From Aureispira anguillae (GTDB taxonomy: Bacteria > Bacteroidota > Bacteroidia > Chitinophagales > Saprospiraceae), in assembly GCF_026000115.1 (NCBI RefSeq), contig NZ_AP026867.1, forward strand, positions 2,713,716-2,777,715: DNA of 64,000 nt, given 5' to 3'. The notes beneath the pieces were generated by a model that did no database searches, was not told where the DNA came from, and was given only the letters and a program-made list of their open reading frames with translations. Made by a program: the position numbers and the translations under genes. Shown here piece after piece: positions 49,346 through 60,084 of this stretch (position 1 is the first letter of the stretch; every line of letters begins with the position of its first letter).

Positions 49346-51715
49346 ATGCAAGTAGTAAAAAGAAATGGACAAACAGAAGATGTATCTTTTGACAAAATCA
49401 AAAGACGAATTGAACACCTTTGTAATGGGCTTGATCTACGTTATGTAGACTCCATTGAAATTTGCAAAAAGGTTATCCAAGGTTTATATGATGGTGTAAG
49501 TACCACTATTCTTGACAACTTAGCCTCAGAGACTGCTGCTACAATGGCAACCCAGCATCCTGATTATGCAATTTTGGCTGCCCGTATCTCCGTTTCCAAT
49601 CTCCATAAAAACTCCAATAAGTCTTTCTCTAAAACCATGAAAGCACTTCATGAGTATATTGATCCTAAAACAGGAGAAAATGCTCAGTTGATTTCTAACG
49701 ATACCTTTGCTATCATTTGGAAAAACCGCAAAGTATTTGATACTGCAATCAAACATGAGAACGATTATGAATTTGATTATTTTGGATTCAAAACCTTAGA
49801 GCGTTCTTATCTATTGCGCATGGACGGAAAAATTGTAGAACGTCCTCAATATATGTTAATGCGTGCTGCTATTGGCATCCATGGAACGGATATTGTTTCA
49901 GCTATCCAGACCTATAGCCTAATGTCTGAGAAGTGGTTTATTCACGCTACTCCAACGCTATTTAATGCAGGAACGCCCAAACCACAGTTGTCTTCTTGCT
50001 TCTTGTTGAGTGCTACAGAAGACTCTATTTCTGGGATTTTTGAAACCTTGACTCGTTGTGCCAAAATATCACAATCTGCGGGAGGTATTGGTTTGAGCAT
50101 TCACAATGTTCGTGCCCAAGGAAGTTATATCAAAGGTACTGGTGGTACCTCTAATGGTATTGTTCCCATGTTGAGAGTTTATAACGATACAGCTCGTTAT
50201 GTAGATCAAGGTGGAGGAAAACGAAAAGGAGCTTTTGCTATTTATTTGGAGCCTTGGCATGCTGATATTTTTGAGTTTTTGGATTTAAAGAAAAATCACG
50301 GTAAAGAAGAAAAACGTGCTAGAGACTTATTCTACGCCATGTGGATTTCTGATTTATTTATGAAACGGGTGGAAGAAGATGTTGAATGGACGCTGATGTG
50401 CCCGAATGAATGCCCTGACTTATACAATACCTATGGTGAAGAGTTTGAGCAACTATACTTAAAATATGAAGCAGAAGGTAAAGGTAGAAAAACGATAAAA
50501 GCACGTGAACTGTGGACCAAGATCCTAGAATCTCAAATTGAGACGGGTACCCCCTATATGCTTTATAAAGATCACGCCAACCACAAATCTAATCAGAAAA
50601 ACTTAGGAGTTATCCGTTCTAGTAATCTTTGTACAGAGATTATGGAGTATACTTCTAAAGATGAAGTTGCCGTTTGTAACTTGGCTTCTATCTCTTTGCC
50701 TAAATTTGTTATTAATGGCAAATTCGATTTTGAAAAGCTTTATGAAATCACTCGAATTGTCACTCGCAACCTCAATAAAGTAATTGACATCAACTATTAT
50801 CCAGTTGAGGAAGCTCGCAACTCTAACCTACGCCACCGTCCTATCGGAATTGGTGTTCAAGGTTTGGCAGATGCGTTAATTTTGATGCGTTATCCATTTG
50901 ATAGCACAGAGGGAAAAATGCTCAATAGAGCAATTTTTGAAACCATGTATTATGCTGCGGTAACAGAATCTTGTGAATTGGCGAAAGAGGAAGGAACCTA
51001 CCAATCTTACGAAGGCTCACCAATCAGCCAAGGTTTGTTGCAGTTTGATTTATGGGATCAAGCTCCATCTTCTAAATGGGATTGGGACAAGCTACGTGCC
51101 AACATCAAAGAGCACGGTATGCGCAACAGTTTATTATTGGCTCCTATGCCAACAGCGTCTACTTCTCAAATCTTAGGGAATAATGAATGTTTCGAGCCTT
51201 ATACTTCTAATATTTATACCCGTAGAACACTTTCAGGAGAATACATTATCGTCAATAAGCACTTGCTAAAGGATTTGATCGAAGAAGGGCTTTGGACTGA
51301 AGAAATCAAAGAGCAATTAATGGCTGCCAATGGTTCTGTTCAGAACATCAAGGACATTCCTGATCATCTCAAAGAATTGTACAAAACAGCTTACGAGATC
51401 AAACAGCGTCATATTATTGATATGTCAGCAGATAGAGGAGCCTTTATTTGTCAATCACAGAGTTTGAATTTGTTTGTTGAAAATCCAACCTTTGCGAAAC
51501 TAACTTCTATGCATTTTTATGCTTGGAAAAAAGGACTAAAAACAGGTATGTATTACCTTAGAAGTAAAGCGGCTGTTGATCCTATTAAATTTACACTTTC
51601 TGCCAAACATCAACAAAAATTTGTAAAAGCAGAAGCCGAAAACCCTGCGAATACACAAGAAGGAATTTCTTGTAGCTTAGACAATCCAGACGATTGTTTG
51701 ATGTGTGGTTCTTAG
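49346..51715 (+). CDS. nrdA: ribonucleoside-diphosphate reductase alpha subunit (class Ia R1 with ATP-cone)
   Basis: The ATP-cone reads [16 protein letters not shown]. The active-site region reads SNLCTEI. The C-terminal redox pair reads CxxC...CLMCGS. Confidence 0.9.
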   Translation: MQVVKRNGQTEDVSFDKIKRRIEHLCNGLDLRYVDSIEICKKVIQGLYDGVSTTILDNLASETAATMATQHPDYAILAARISVSNLHKNSNKSFSKTMKALHEYIDPKTGENAQLISNDTFAIIWKNRKVFDTAIKHENDYEFDYFGFKTLERSYLLRMDGKIVERPQYMLMRAAIGIHGTDIVSAIQTYSLMSEKWFIHATPTLFNAGTPKPQLSSCFLLSATEDSISGIFETLTRCAKISQSAGGIGLSIHNVRAQGSYIKGTGGTSNGIVPMLRVYNDTARYVDQGGGKRKGAFAIYLEPWHADIFEFLDLKKNHGKEEKRARDLFYAMWISDLFMKRVEEDVEWTLMCPNECPDLYNTYGEEFEQLYLKYEAEGKGRKTIKARELWTKILESQIETGTPYMLYKDHANHKSNQKNLGVIRSSNLCTEIMEYTSKDEVAVCNLASISLPKFVINGKFDFEKLYEITRIVTRNLNKVIDINYYPVEEARNSNLRHRPIGIGVQGLADALILMRYPFDSTEGKMLNRAIFETMYYAAVTESCELAKEEGTYQSYEGSPISQGLLQFDLWDQAPSSKWDWDKLRANIKEHGMRNSLLLAPMPTASTSQILGNNECFEPYTSNIYTRRTLSGEYIIVNKHLLKDLIEEGLWTEEIKEQLMAANGSVQNIKDIPDHLKELYKTAYEIKQRHIIDMSADRGAFICQSQSLNLFVENPTFAKLTSMHFYAWKKGLKTGMYYLRSKAAVDPIKFTLSAKHQQKFVKAEAENPANTQEGISCSLDNPDDCLMCGS

Positions 51716-51770
51716 GAAACTTAATCGCTTTTTGAGTTCGTTTGAAACTCAATAGTAACCATAAAATGAA

Positions 51771-51813
51771 GCCAATCTAAAGATGAGGAACGTTTTCCGC
51801 TCTTTAGATTGGC
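51771..51813. terminator. bidirectional terminator hairpin between convergent nrdA and ribA
   Basis: A 13-bp perfect stem gccaatctaaaga / tctttagattggc with a 17-nt loop. An A-run follows on the plus strand (a T-run on the minus strand). Confidence 0.45.
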
Positions 51814-51837
51814 TCATAAAAAATAGGCTGAGTAAAA

Positions 51838-52470
51838 TTATTTCAGTCCATGCTGAAATAGGATATGTCCCATTTTATCTCGTTTGGTTTTTAAGTAAAA
51901 ATTATTGTATTCATTGGCTTCAATTTCCAATGTTACATTTTCTACTACCTCCAAACCATATTTCTCTAATTCTTTTTGTTTTAATGGGTTGTTAGACATC
52001 AAACGCAATTTTTGAACGCCTAATAATTGCAATGCTTGAGTTGCTGCAATATATTCTCTTTGATCTGCCTCAAAGCCTAAATGTAGGTTTGCCTCAACAG
52101 TATCGAGTCCCTCTTCCTGAAGTTTGTAGGCTTTCATTTTATTCAAAAAGCCAATTCCTCTCCCTTCTTGTTCAATATAAACAATCACTCCTTTTCCTTC
52201 TGCCTCTACTCGTTTCATAGCAGCTTGTAGTTGAGGACCACAATCACAGCGCAAAGACCCTACAATATCTCCAGTAATGCACGAAGAATGTACCCGAACC
52301 AAGATAGGTTCTTCTTTGTTCCAAGTTCCTTTAGTCAAGGCAAATAATGTTTTACCCTTTAGTTTATCCTCAAAGCCCACCAGTTCAAACGTCCCATACT
52401 CTGTTGGCATGTTAATTCTGACTACTTCTTCGACAACCATTTTAATATCCTTAGTTTTATACTGATTCAT
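51838..52470 (-). CDS. ribA: GTP cyclohydrolase II (standalone RibA) with intact zinc-binding cysteines
   Basis: The block VRVHSSCITGDIVGSLRCDCGPQ retains the three Cys corresponding to E. coli C54/C65/C67. Confidence 0.85.
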   Translation of the reverse strand: MNQYKTKDIKMVVEEVVRINMPTEYGTFELVGFEDKLKGKTLFALTKGTWNKEEPILVRVHSSCITGDIVGSLRCDCGPQLQAAMKRVEAEGKGVIVYIEQEGRGIGFLNKMKAYKLQEEGLDTVEANLHLGFEADQREYIAATQALQLLGVQKLRLMSNNPLKQKELEKYGLEVVENVTLEIEANEYNNFYLKTKRDKMGHILFQHGLK

Positions 52471-52851
52471 CTAAAATTTTATACTACTAGTCAATAAAAA
52501 TATTGTTCTAAACTAAAATTTACTCCAACTCGATGGTTGATTCGTCACCAAACCATTTTTAGTTCTCATAAACGCTTAGCAAGATAATACCTCTTCATAG
52601 AAAACAACAGTATTCTATTCAAGATGGTTTAATTAAACTATAAATCAATGCAAATCTCAAATGAAATAAGCGCTTCAAAAATACACATAGGGGGGTTATT
52701 TGCACCTACCTAATACAACAAATCAATTTGATGATTTGAAATTTGGCGATTAAGACACACAACCAAAAATTCAAATCTCCAAATTGATTCATTGCGGCTT
52801 AATTCTTACAATTAAAACCATTTAATGTACTATACCAATAAGAAACCTATG

Positions 52852-54075
52852 TTAGATTTTAATAGGCTGCTCATCTTTAGTTGTTGCTTCCGTTGATGTA
52901 CCAGTAGTGTTTAAGGCGACATTTTCGACAATTTCAAGACCATATCCAATCAAGCCAATGCGCTTTTTAGGATTATTGGTCATCAAACGCAATTTGCTAA
53001 CGCCTAACTGTCTCAATACCTGAGCGCCAATACCGTACTCTCTTTGGTCTGTTTTTGTTCTCAAACGAGTTTTAACATCAGAAGTATTCAAGCCTTCCTC
53101 TTGGAGTTTTTTGAATGCTTTTAGTTTATTCATAAGATCAACACCACCTCCATCTTGTTCGATGTAAAGCACCACTCCTTTTCCTTCTTCATTGACTTGT
53201 TTCATGGCAGCATGCAATTGAGAACCTGAATCTCCTAATAATGCTCCAAAAACGTCTGTCGTTGTAAAAGAGGAATGCACTCGAACTAAAATAGGCTCGT
53301 CTTTCTTCCAAGTACCTTTTGTTAAGGCAAAAAGATTTTTTTCTGTCGTTTTATCCTCAAATCCAATTACATCAAACTCTCCATATTCAGTAGGAGCAGT
53401 TAATCGTACCACCTCCTCTATCAAAGTTTCTTTCTCTAAGCGATACTTGATTAAATCCTCAATAGATATAATTTTTAGATCGTGTTTGTCTGCGATTTCA
53501 AACAAGTCAGGCAAACGAGCCATTGTACCATCTTCGTTAAGAATTTCTACCAAAACACCAGCAGGCTTTAAGCCAGCTAATCTTGCCAAATCTACTGCTG
53601 CCTCTGTGTGCCCTGCACGGCGCAATACGCCACCATCTTTAGCAATCAATGGAAAGATATGCCCAGGTCGTGCATAATCACTAGATACAGTAGCTGAGTC
53701 GGTTAATTTTTGAATACCAGTAGCACGATCGTAAGCAGAAATACCAGTAGAACAACCAAAGTTCAATAAGTCAATTGAAATGGTAAATGCCGTTTCGTGT
53801 ACGGCTGTATTTTGTTGCTGCATAGGACGAAGTTCCAACTCATCACAACGTTGCGCTGTCAGGGGGGTACAAATAAGTCCTCGACCATGCGTAGCCATGA
53901 AGTTAATAAGTTGTGGAGTAATTAGCTCCGCCGCGCAAATAAAATCACCTTCATTTTCTCTATCTTCATCATCTACAACAATGATAATTTTGCCTGCTTT
54001 GATTTCTGCCAAAGCATCTTCAATGTTGTCAAGTTTGCGTTTAGGCGTCTCGTTTTGTAGGTTGCCAGATACCAT
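52852..54075 (-). CDS. ribB: 3,4-dihydroxy-2-butanone-4-phosphate synthase (RibB) fused to a degenerate GTP-cyclohydrolase-II-like domain (RibBX-like)
   Basis: The N-terminal RibB region reads IIVVDDEDRENEGD, with further RibB motifs. The C-terminal domain aligns to RibA, but its zinc-ligand positions read F, G and S (VRVHSSFTTTDVFGALLGDSGSQ). Confidence 0.85.
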   Translation of the reverse strand: MVSGNLQNETPKRKLDNIEDALAEIKAGKIIIVVDDEDRENEGDFICAAELITPQLINFMATHGRGLICTPLTAQRCDELELRPMQQQNTAVHETAFTISIDLLNFGCSTGISAYDRATGIQKLTDSATVSSDYARPGHIFPLIAKDGGVLRRAGHTEAAVDLARLAGLKPAGVLVEILNEDGTMARLPDLFEIADKHDLKIISIEDLIKYRLEKETLIEEVVRLTAPTEYGEFDVIGFEDKTTEKNLFALTKGTWKKDEPILVRVHSSFTTTDVFGALLGDSGSQLHAAMKQVNEEGKGVVLYIEQDGGGVDLMNKLKAFKKLQEEGLNTSDVKTRLRTKTDQREYGIGAQVLRQLGVSKLRLMTNNPKKRIGLIGYGLEIVENVALNTTGTSTEATTKDEQPIKI

Positions 54076-55255
54076 TTTGAACTCCTTTTAAGTATTTAAA
54101 AAATCCATTAAATAATGCCAAATTCATAGCATTAAAATAGGTTATATATCGTATAATAACTATGTTTAAATTTATTTTTTTGAACAGCCAATCCAGTAAA
54201 GGAATGCCAAATAAACCAAACGTTTCTATAATAAACAACACTAAATAAAATTGGTTGTGATAAACAAAGGCTAATGCAATCAAGCAAAGGTAAGAGATAA
54301 GAATAAAGAAGGGACCATACCAGCGCAATACCTTGTGTGACAAAAAGGTAAAACTCATAGATCCAGGTGGCCACAACAAATGTTTAAAAGCTGCTAAATT
54401 AGCAAAGTTGCCTGCTGAAATACGTGTTTTACGCCGAAACTCTTCGTTAATATCACTAGGCACAGCTTCATAACAAACCGCCTCCAACTCATTAATTGCG
54501 AGTTTTCCTTTCTCAAAAACTTTCATAGCAATATAAAAATCATCCACCAAAAAGTTAGCAGGCACAGGTTCAAACAATTCTGCTCGAATCGCATAACAGC
54601 CCCCTAAGGGTCCCATGGTGCGCCCCCAAGCCCTTCCTTCCAAATTTTTGATGTGTACCTCTCTAGAGATATACGATTTTTCAGAAGCTGCAATTCCCTT
54701 TGTTGTTAAGGTTTTTAATTTCGGGTTTTTGATATTGGAGTCTACCAAACCGATTTGCGAGTTTTTGAAGTGTTTCGCCAATTCATAAACGGTTGTTGGT
54801 TCTAACATTACATTAGCATCCGAAATAATAACAATATGTTCCTCTGTTGAAGGGCAATCTGCAATTGCCTGGCTGATAATGTCATTGATGACACTAGGCT
54901 TGCCTCTGCGCTGAGTGAAAGGGAAAAAATGAAATTGACTGTGCCCTTCTATAAATTGCTGAACCATAGCATTGGTTGCATCAGAAGAGCAGTCTGAACC
55001 GATGTATATACTAAACTTATCGCTTGGATAATCCGTTGTTAATAGGGTTTCTAGTTTTTCTAGAATAACAGCCTCTTCATTGTACAATGACATAACAAAA
55101 GAGACATGAGGGAGTGACTCCTTAGGCGCATAGAACTCTTGATTGTTAGCTTTTGAGGAAGCTACAAGTTTAAGTATGATTGGGTATAATACATAAGAAT
55201 GAAACAACCCAAACACACAGAGCCAGAAAATGATGGCACCTATTAGCATATACAA
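54041..55255 (-). CDS. family 2 glycosyltransferase with flanking TM helices (membrane synthase-like)
   Basis: The GT-A fold carries DxD-like motifs (DCSSD, SDAN). TM helices flank it at the N- and C-termini. The 3' end overlaps the ribB start by ~35 bp. Confidence 0.65.
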   Translation of the reverse strand: MYMLIGAIIFWLCVFGLFHSYVLYPIILKLVASSKANNQEFYAPKESLPHVSFVMSLYNEEAVILEKLETLLTTDYPSDKFSIYIGSDCSSDATNAMVQQFIEGHSQFHFFPFTQRRGKPSVINDIISQAIADCPSTEEHIVIISDANVMLEPTTVYELAKHFKNSQIGLVDSNIKNPKLKTLTTKGIAASEKSYISREVHIKNLEGRAWGRTMGPLGGCYAIRAELFEPVPANFLVDDFYIAMKVFEKGKLAINELEAVCYEAVPSDINEEFRRKTRISAGNFANLAAFKHLLWPPGSMSFTFLSHKVLRWYGPFFILISYLCLIALAFVYHNQFYLVLFIIETFGLFGIPLLDWLFKKINLNIVIIRYITYFNAMNLALFNGFFKYLKGVQNGIWQPTKRDA

Positions 55256-55327
55256 TTAAGCCTTAAAAATAAAGAATGGAGCTCCAAAACAGCATGCTCC
55301 ATTCTCCATTTTATTTTTACGATAAAA

Positions 55328-55906
55328 TTAAACAGTAACTGCATCCAAAACGGCACAGATACGTTCAAATATTTCTTCAATAGAACCAATACCATCAATA
55401 CGCTTTGTTTTATCAACTTGCGCATAATAATTCGCAACAGGTGAAGTTTGGCTCTTGTAAATGTCAATTCGATTTTGAATAATTGCAGTATCTTGATCGT
55501 CAACTCGTCCTTCAATCTTTCCTCTACTAGCTAGGCGCTGAATAATTTCTTCATCCGCAACCATCAACTCTACCAATAGGTTTACGGCTGTTCCTTCTTC
55601 TTTTAGGAAAGCATCAAGTGTTTCTGCCTGATTGATATTACGAGGAAAACCATCCAAAATATATCCTACAGCATCTGGCGTTTTTGCCATCTCTGCTCTT
55701 AGCAAGCTAATTGTTATAGAATCTGGCACTAAGTTTCCATTATCCATATAACTTTGGGCCTCTTGCCAAATAGCACTATTGCTTTTTTTCTCTCTTCTAA
55801 ACAAATCTCCAGTAGAGATGTGTACTAGATTGTATTTTTCTACCAATTTAGCTGCTTGGGTGCCTTTACCACTCCCAGGAGGGCCAAAAAGAATTAGATT
55901 CAACAT
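55328..55906 (-). CDS. adk: adenylate kinase
   Basis: The P-loop reads LILFGPPGSGKGTQA. The protein is 192 aa with a short LID and NMP-binding motifs. Confidence 0.9.
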   Translation of the reverse strand: MLNLILFGPPGSGKGTQAAKLVEKYNLVHISTGDLFRREKKSNSAIWQEAQSYMDNGNLVPDSITISLLRAEMAKTPDAVGYILDGFPRNINQAETLDAFLKEEGTAVNLLVELMVADEEIIQRLASRGKIEGRVDDQDTAIIQNRIDIYKSQTSPVANYYAQVDKTKRIDGIGSIEEIFERICAVLDAVTV

Positions 55907-56120
55907 ATTTATTTATGGTTTGATTGATGATTAATGCTATGCCCTGTGGAAGGAATAAATTAAGGTGATTTTTGCAAAAAACGTTTATTTAGTAATCTAA
56001 AAAATCGTTTATCATCCATTCTCACAGACAAAAACAAGGAAATAATCCCTATTATGCTGCAAAGGTACGCATTTTATATTTCAAATACTAGTTCTAACAA
56101 GAATTATATGAGATGAAGGT

Positions 56121-56786
56121 TTAGCCTAAGGCTTCTCTATGAATTATAGTAGCAATTTCAGCCGCTCGATCCATTACCATATTGTGCGTTCCATTTTTTA
56201 TGGTGTGCGTAATTTGTTCTTGTCTTAAGTTAAAAATGTGGTCCTTGGTTCCGTTGATGTGAATAAAATTGGAGGGGTAAGTTTCGTTGTCCCAAGCAAC
56301 AATTGCACGCCTTCCCCACGCAAAATGACTTGCTGTACAAGCATAAAGCATTGCTCGAAGGGTTTGGGTATCTTCCCGATTACAAATCCCTAAAATTCTA
56401 GCAAAAAAAGGAATGACAATCCGAATAAACCAAGCTGGCACAAGAAGATGAAGGGGCAAAATTCGGGCTATTTTAAAAAGAAAAGGAACTTCGCTTTTAT
56501 GTTTAAAAGTAGAAATAAGAATCAATTTTTGGAGGGGCATCAATTTGGACATTTCTGTTGCAATGGTTCCCCCCAAAGACATTCCAATTAAAACAGGCGG
56601 TTCTGCTGTCTTGGGGATGCACTCAACCATTCGTTTGGCATAGGCTGGAATTGTTTCATTTAAGCTTAAGGGTTCTTTATGTTCTAAGCACACAATTTCT
56701 TTTCCCTCCCCTTCTAGCAAAGGAATTAATTTGGAAAAAATGCGCACATCATTCCCTAAACCAGGCACCAAATATATTTTTGTCAT
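56121..56786 (-). CDS. alpha/beta-hydrolase-like protein (GMSLGG nucleophile elbow)
   Basis: The motif GMSLGG is present, with the hydrolase topology. Confidence 0.5.
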   Translation of the reverse strand: MTKIYLVPGLGNDVRIFSKLIPLLEGEGKEIVCLEHKEPLSLNETIPAYAKRMVECIPKTAEPPVLIGMSLGGTIATEMSKLMPLQKLILISTFKHKSEVPFLFKIARILPLHLLVPAWFIRIVIPFFARILGICNREDTQTLRAMLYACTASHFAWGRRAIVAWDNETYPSNFIHINGTKDHIFNLRQEQITHTIKNGTHNMVMDRAAEIATIIHREALG

Positions 56787-56791
56787 AAACC

Positions 56792-57706
56792 TTAAACCTC
56801 ATTTTTTAAACTAGGATCTGTATTAGCTCCTTTTCTTCTGTAACAGTACCACAAAAATAGCGGTATACCTCCATGCACTAAACGATATAATGTTTCATAA
56901 ACATGCTGATGCAAGGATTCAAAGATCATAGTGACATAAAAATTACCTACAATACGAGCAAAAGAAGTCATTGTCCCCCAAATTATACAATACCAAATGG
57001 CCACCCAACTAAATGTTTTAATCGGCACAAAAAGCAAAATAGCGACCGCAAAATCGATCCACCCAATCCAAATCAGAAATTGCCGAGCTGTTAGGTCGTC
57101 TCTAAATCCAAATACATCCATACACCACTGTATCCAAATTCCTGGCTGTGGATAATACGCACAAGCATACAAACCATGACAGAAAAAAGTAATAGCAATA
57201 ATTAACTTCACTCCTCTTCTAAAATAAAATGTATTTTTTCCGCCATAAAGTACATGAACAAAGATAAGAGGTGCGGTAACCTGTGTGGCATATTCAAAAA
57301 ATTGACCTACTTGCCAAAATTTATCTTTAAAGTATAGCAGTGCTAGTAAAAAAAAGGATAAAGATCCTGCATACATTAACCATTTTCCAAATTTCCATTC
57401 TTTCTTGACCAATAATACAAAAATAGCACAAAACGCCCAGAAAAAACCAAGAGAGCAACCCAATACATTTATGATTTTATCAATGTTTATACTTTCGTTG
57501 GTCACATAATGTTGCCATGTATCTCCTGTTAATGTTGTTACAACACCTTCTAATAGAGACTGATCCCAAAAAAAAGTTCTCAATGGTAAATCCCAAAAAA
57601 TTCCTTGCCAAGCTCTTCCTAAAAATAAGAGACAAACTAATATCCTAAGCAAACGCAACTCTCCCAACTCAAAGTCTCTACTAAATTTTGGTTCTCCTAA
57701 CTTCAT
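56792..57706 (-). CDS. hypothetical integral membrane protein (8 TM helices)
   Basis: Hydrophobic throughout. It abuts the downstream hydrolase gene. Confidence 0.45.
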   Translation of the reverse strand: MKLGEPKFSRDFELGELRLLRILVCLLFLGRAWQGIFWDLPLRTFFWDQSLLEGVVTTLTGDTWQHYVTNESINIDKIINVLGCSLGFFWAFCAIFVLLVKKEWKFGKWLMYAGSLSFFLLALLYFKDKFWQVGQFFEYATQVTAPLIFVHVLYGGKNTFYFRRGVKLIIAITFFCHGLYACAYYPQPGIWIQWCMDVFGFRDDLTARQFLIWIGWIDFAVAILLFVPIKTFSWVAIWYCIIWGTMTSFARIVGNFYVTMIFESLHQHVYETLYRLVHGGIPLFLWYCYRRKGANTDPSLKNEV

Positions 57707-58526
57707 GACCGATTATTTTAATGATTTTATCTGCAAATATAAAATAAAATTGCACTTGAACAAGCGGCTTTTTAGTTCCCAATATATTTTACGTTCCCAC
57801 TCAATTACTCTTAGAAAAAAACTTTCTTTCTCTTTACTAGTGGTAAGAAAATGATTTTACTTTAGGAGTATTTCTGTTTTTCATCGACTTATAAATACAT
57901 AGATATACAACCTTTTTTTGGCAAAGTGCATCTTTTTTAGTAAATTAGGCTTGCATTTTAAATCCTAAAATGGTTCCACACATGAAAAAACGACTACAGT
58001 TAGAAATTCAGAACATCGCTCCTATCAAAAATAATCCTCGCCCTATGCAGGTTAATACTTGGGTTAATACGGCTCTACGAGCTAAAAACAACCCTAAAGA
58101 AACGCCTTCTAATTCACCTAGGCGCATGCTTGCACTCAATATGACTTTTTGCAAAAGCATATTAGGTCGCCGCTAAGCAATTTTTTTAGCACTACTACTG
58201 TAACACAACTCCATTTTTCTCCTTTAAAAGCTCAGGTAGCAATCACGAGCTACGCTCATGTATTATTAGAATAGATGTAAAAAATCAACATAGGCTAGTC
58301 CACTGCATTTTTATTCTTGATAAGAACTAATATTGCAAAACTATTCATAAGGGTTTCTATTGTTTTTTAGAACATCTGATTAACTTCTCTACAATTCATA
58401 AGTAAAAAATTTAGTGTTCAATTCAAAAATGTATACATTTGGATTTATTATTTCTTTTCGCCTAGAAATAATCCCAAATTATGTACGGTTCTTCTAATCC
58501 TTTTTATCACTATTTATAGTTATTGT

Positions 58527-60071
58527 ATGAAGTTTTCTGACGATTTGTATCAATTAATCAGCTCTCTTAATCAATCTGAAAAACGCTATATAAAACTAGT
58601 TGCAAAGGCATTTACCAGTAAAGGAACAGACAATCAACTAGCTCTTTTTGATGCATTTGATCGCCAACAACAATATAATGAAGATAAAATTCGAAAAGAT
58701 TTTGAGGATAAAATCCCTGCCAAAAATTTTCATGTTGCCAAAAACAGGTTGTACAATCTAATCTTAAAAGCACTTTACCTCTACCATCTAAAAAGTTCTG
58801 ATTATCAAAAAATCAATCAACTCATTTATCAATCTGAAATATTGCAAAAAAAAGGCTTGTACAAGCAAGCAGATGCACTAAATGAGAAAGCTGTTCAAAC
58901 GGCTGTAAAAATGGAGCTTTTTCCTTTAGCCATAACGGGGCTCTCTACGCAGGCTCGCTCCTTTATGAATCAACGAAATTTAACCAAAATCAAACACTAT
59001 TTGGATCGTAACTTGGAGGAAGAATACCAATTGTTAGAACAATATAAAACGGATCTCACTTACCAATTTTTGCAACTAAAAACACTTTTTATTACTCACA
59101 AACAGCAGGTTGTTCGCAGTGAAGAGGAAATGGCAGAGATTCAGCAATTAAAAGAACATCCTTTGCTCAAAAATTCCCAATTGGCAACTTCCAAAAATGC
59201 TTTGGATATGTATCGTTTTTTAAATGGTTTTATCTATCGCTATGAAGGAAACTATGAGCAAGCAGCCGAATATTGGCAAGAATTTGTAGACGAAATAGAA
59301 GGGTTAAAATCAATTCCCAAAAGCAAAATAGAGGACTATATTACAGATTTGAACAACTTAATGTTTTTGCAATTAGAGGCTTTGTTATTTGATAAGGCTT
59401 GGGGAAATTGCCAAAAAATGGTTGGCTTATTGTCTCACGAACGGGTTAAAAACAACCCACACCTTATTATTAAAATAAAAGAGCGAGTGATCGAATTCAA
59501 ACTAGAATATTACTTGCTTTCTTACCAATACAAAGCAGCCTTGCATTACCAAACAACCAACAACCCCGAAATTGTTGGAATCTATGATAAAGTTGGTGAT
59601 TTCCGACGTTTGGTGATTGATTATATTCGAGCGTCAATTTATTTGTGCAATCAAATGCCTAAAGAAGCAGGGCATCAGATCGAACAAGTTTTTTCAAACA
59701 AAGTACTCAAACAACATCAATATATTTATGCTGGTGCAATGATTCTTAATTTACTCATTCATTTTGAGTTGGGCAACTATCAACTATTAGAATCGCTCTT
59801 GCTAAATACCTATAGAATGATGTACAAACGTAAGTTGCTTTATAAAAGTGAAAAGATCATTTTTAAATACCTAAAAAAGTATTTACGAATGTTAACCAAT
59901 CAGGAGATTATGGAATCCTTTAAATCGCTCAAACAAGAATTACAAGCTGTTCGTGTAGATAAATTTGAACGCAATTTTTTGCCTAATTTTGATTTGGTGG
60001 TTTGGATTGAAAGTAAAATTCAGGAGAAAAGTATGTCTAAGATTATCTCTGATGGAGGGCTAACTTTATAA
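58527..60071 (+). CDS. hypothetical cytoplasmic helical protein (514 aa)
   Basis: A long ORF, helix-rich (TPR-like periodicity), with no signal peptide. Confidence 0.45.
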   Translation: MKFSDDLYQLISSLNQSEKRYIKLVAKAFTSKGTDNQLALFDAFDRQQQYNEDKIRKDFEDKIPAKNFHVAKNRLYNLILKALYLYHLKSSDYQKINQLIYQSEILQKKGLYKQADALNEKAVQTAVKMELFPLAITGLSTQARSFMNQRNLTKIKHYLDRNLEEEYQLLEQYKTDLTYQFLQLKTLFITHKQQVVRSEEEMAEIQQLKEHPLLKNSQLATSKNALDMYRFLNGFIYRYEGNYEQAAEYWQEFVDEIEGLKSIPKSKIEDYITDLNNLMFLQLEALLFDKAWGNCQKMVGLLSHERVKNNPHLIIKIKERVIEFKLEYYLLSYQYKAALHYQTTNNPEIVGIYDKVGDFRRLVIDYIRASIYLCNQMPKEAGHQIEQVFSNKVLKQHQYIYAGAMILNLLIHFELGNYQLLESLLLNTYRMMYKRKLLYKSEKIIFKYLKKYLRMLTNQEIMESFKSLKQELQAVRVDKFERNFLPNFDLVVWIESKIQEKSMSKIISDGGLTL

Positions 60072-60084
60072 TCTTATTCTAACC

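Noticed and set aside
52471-52851. Expected FMN riboswitch upstream of ribA or ribBA
   Set aside because: No RFN-element-like conserved core could be recognised in the ribA leader. The ribBA start is directly abutted by a GT2 gene.
55243-55515. 90-aa minus-strand ORF overlapping the adk 3' region
   Set aside because: It lies in a different frame from the well-supported adk CDS and has no features.
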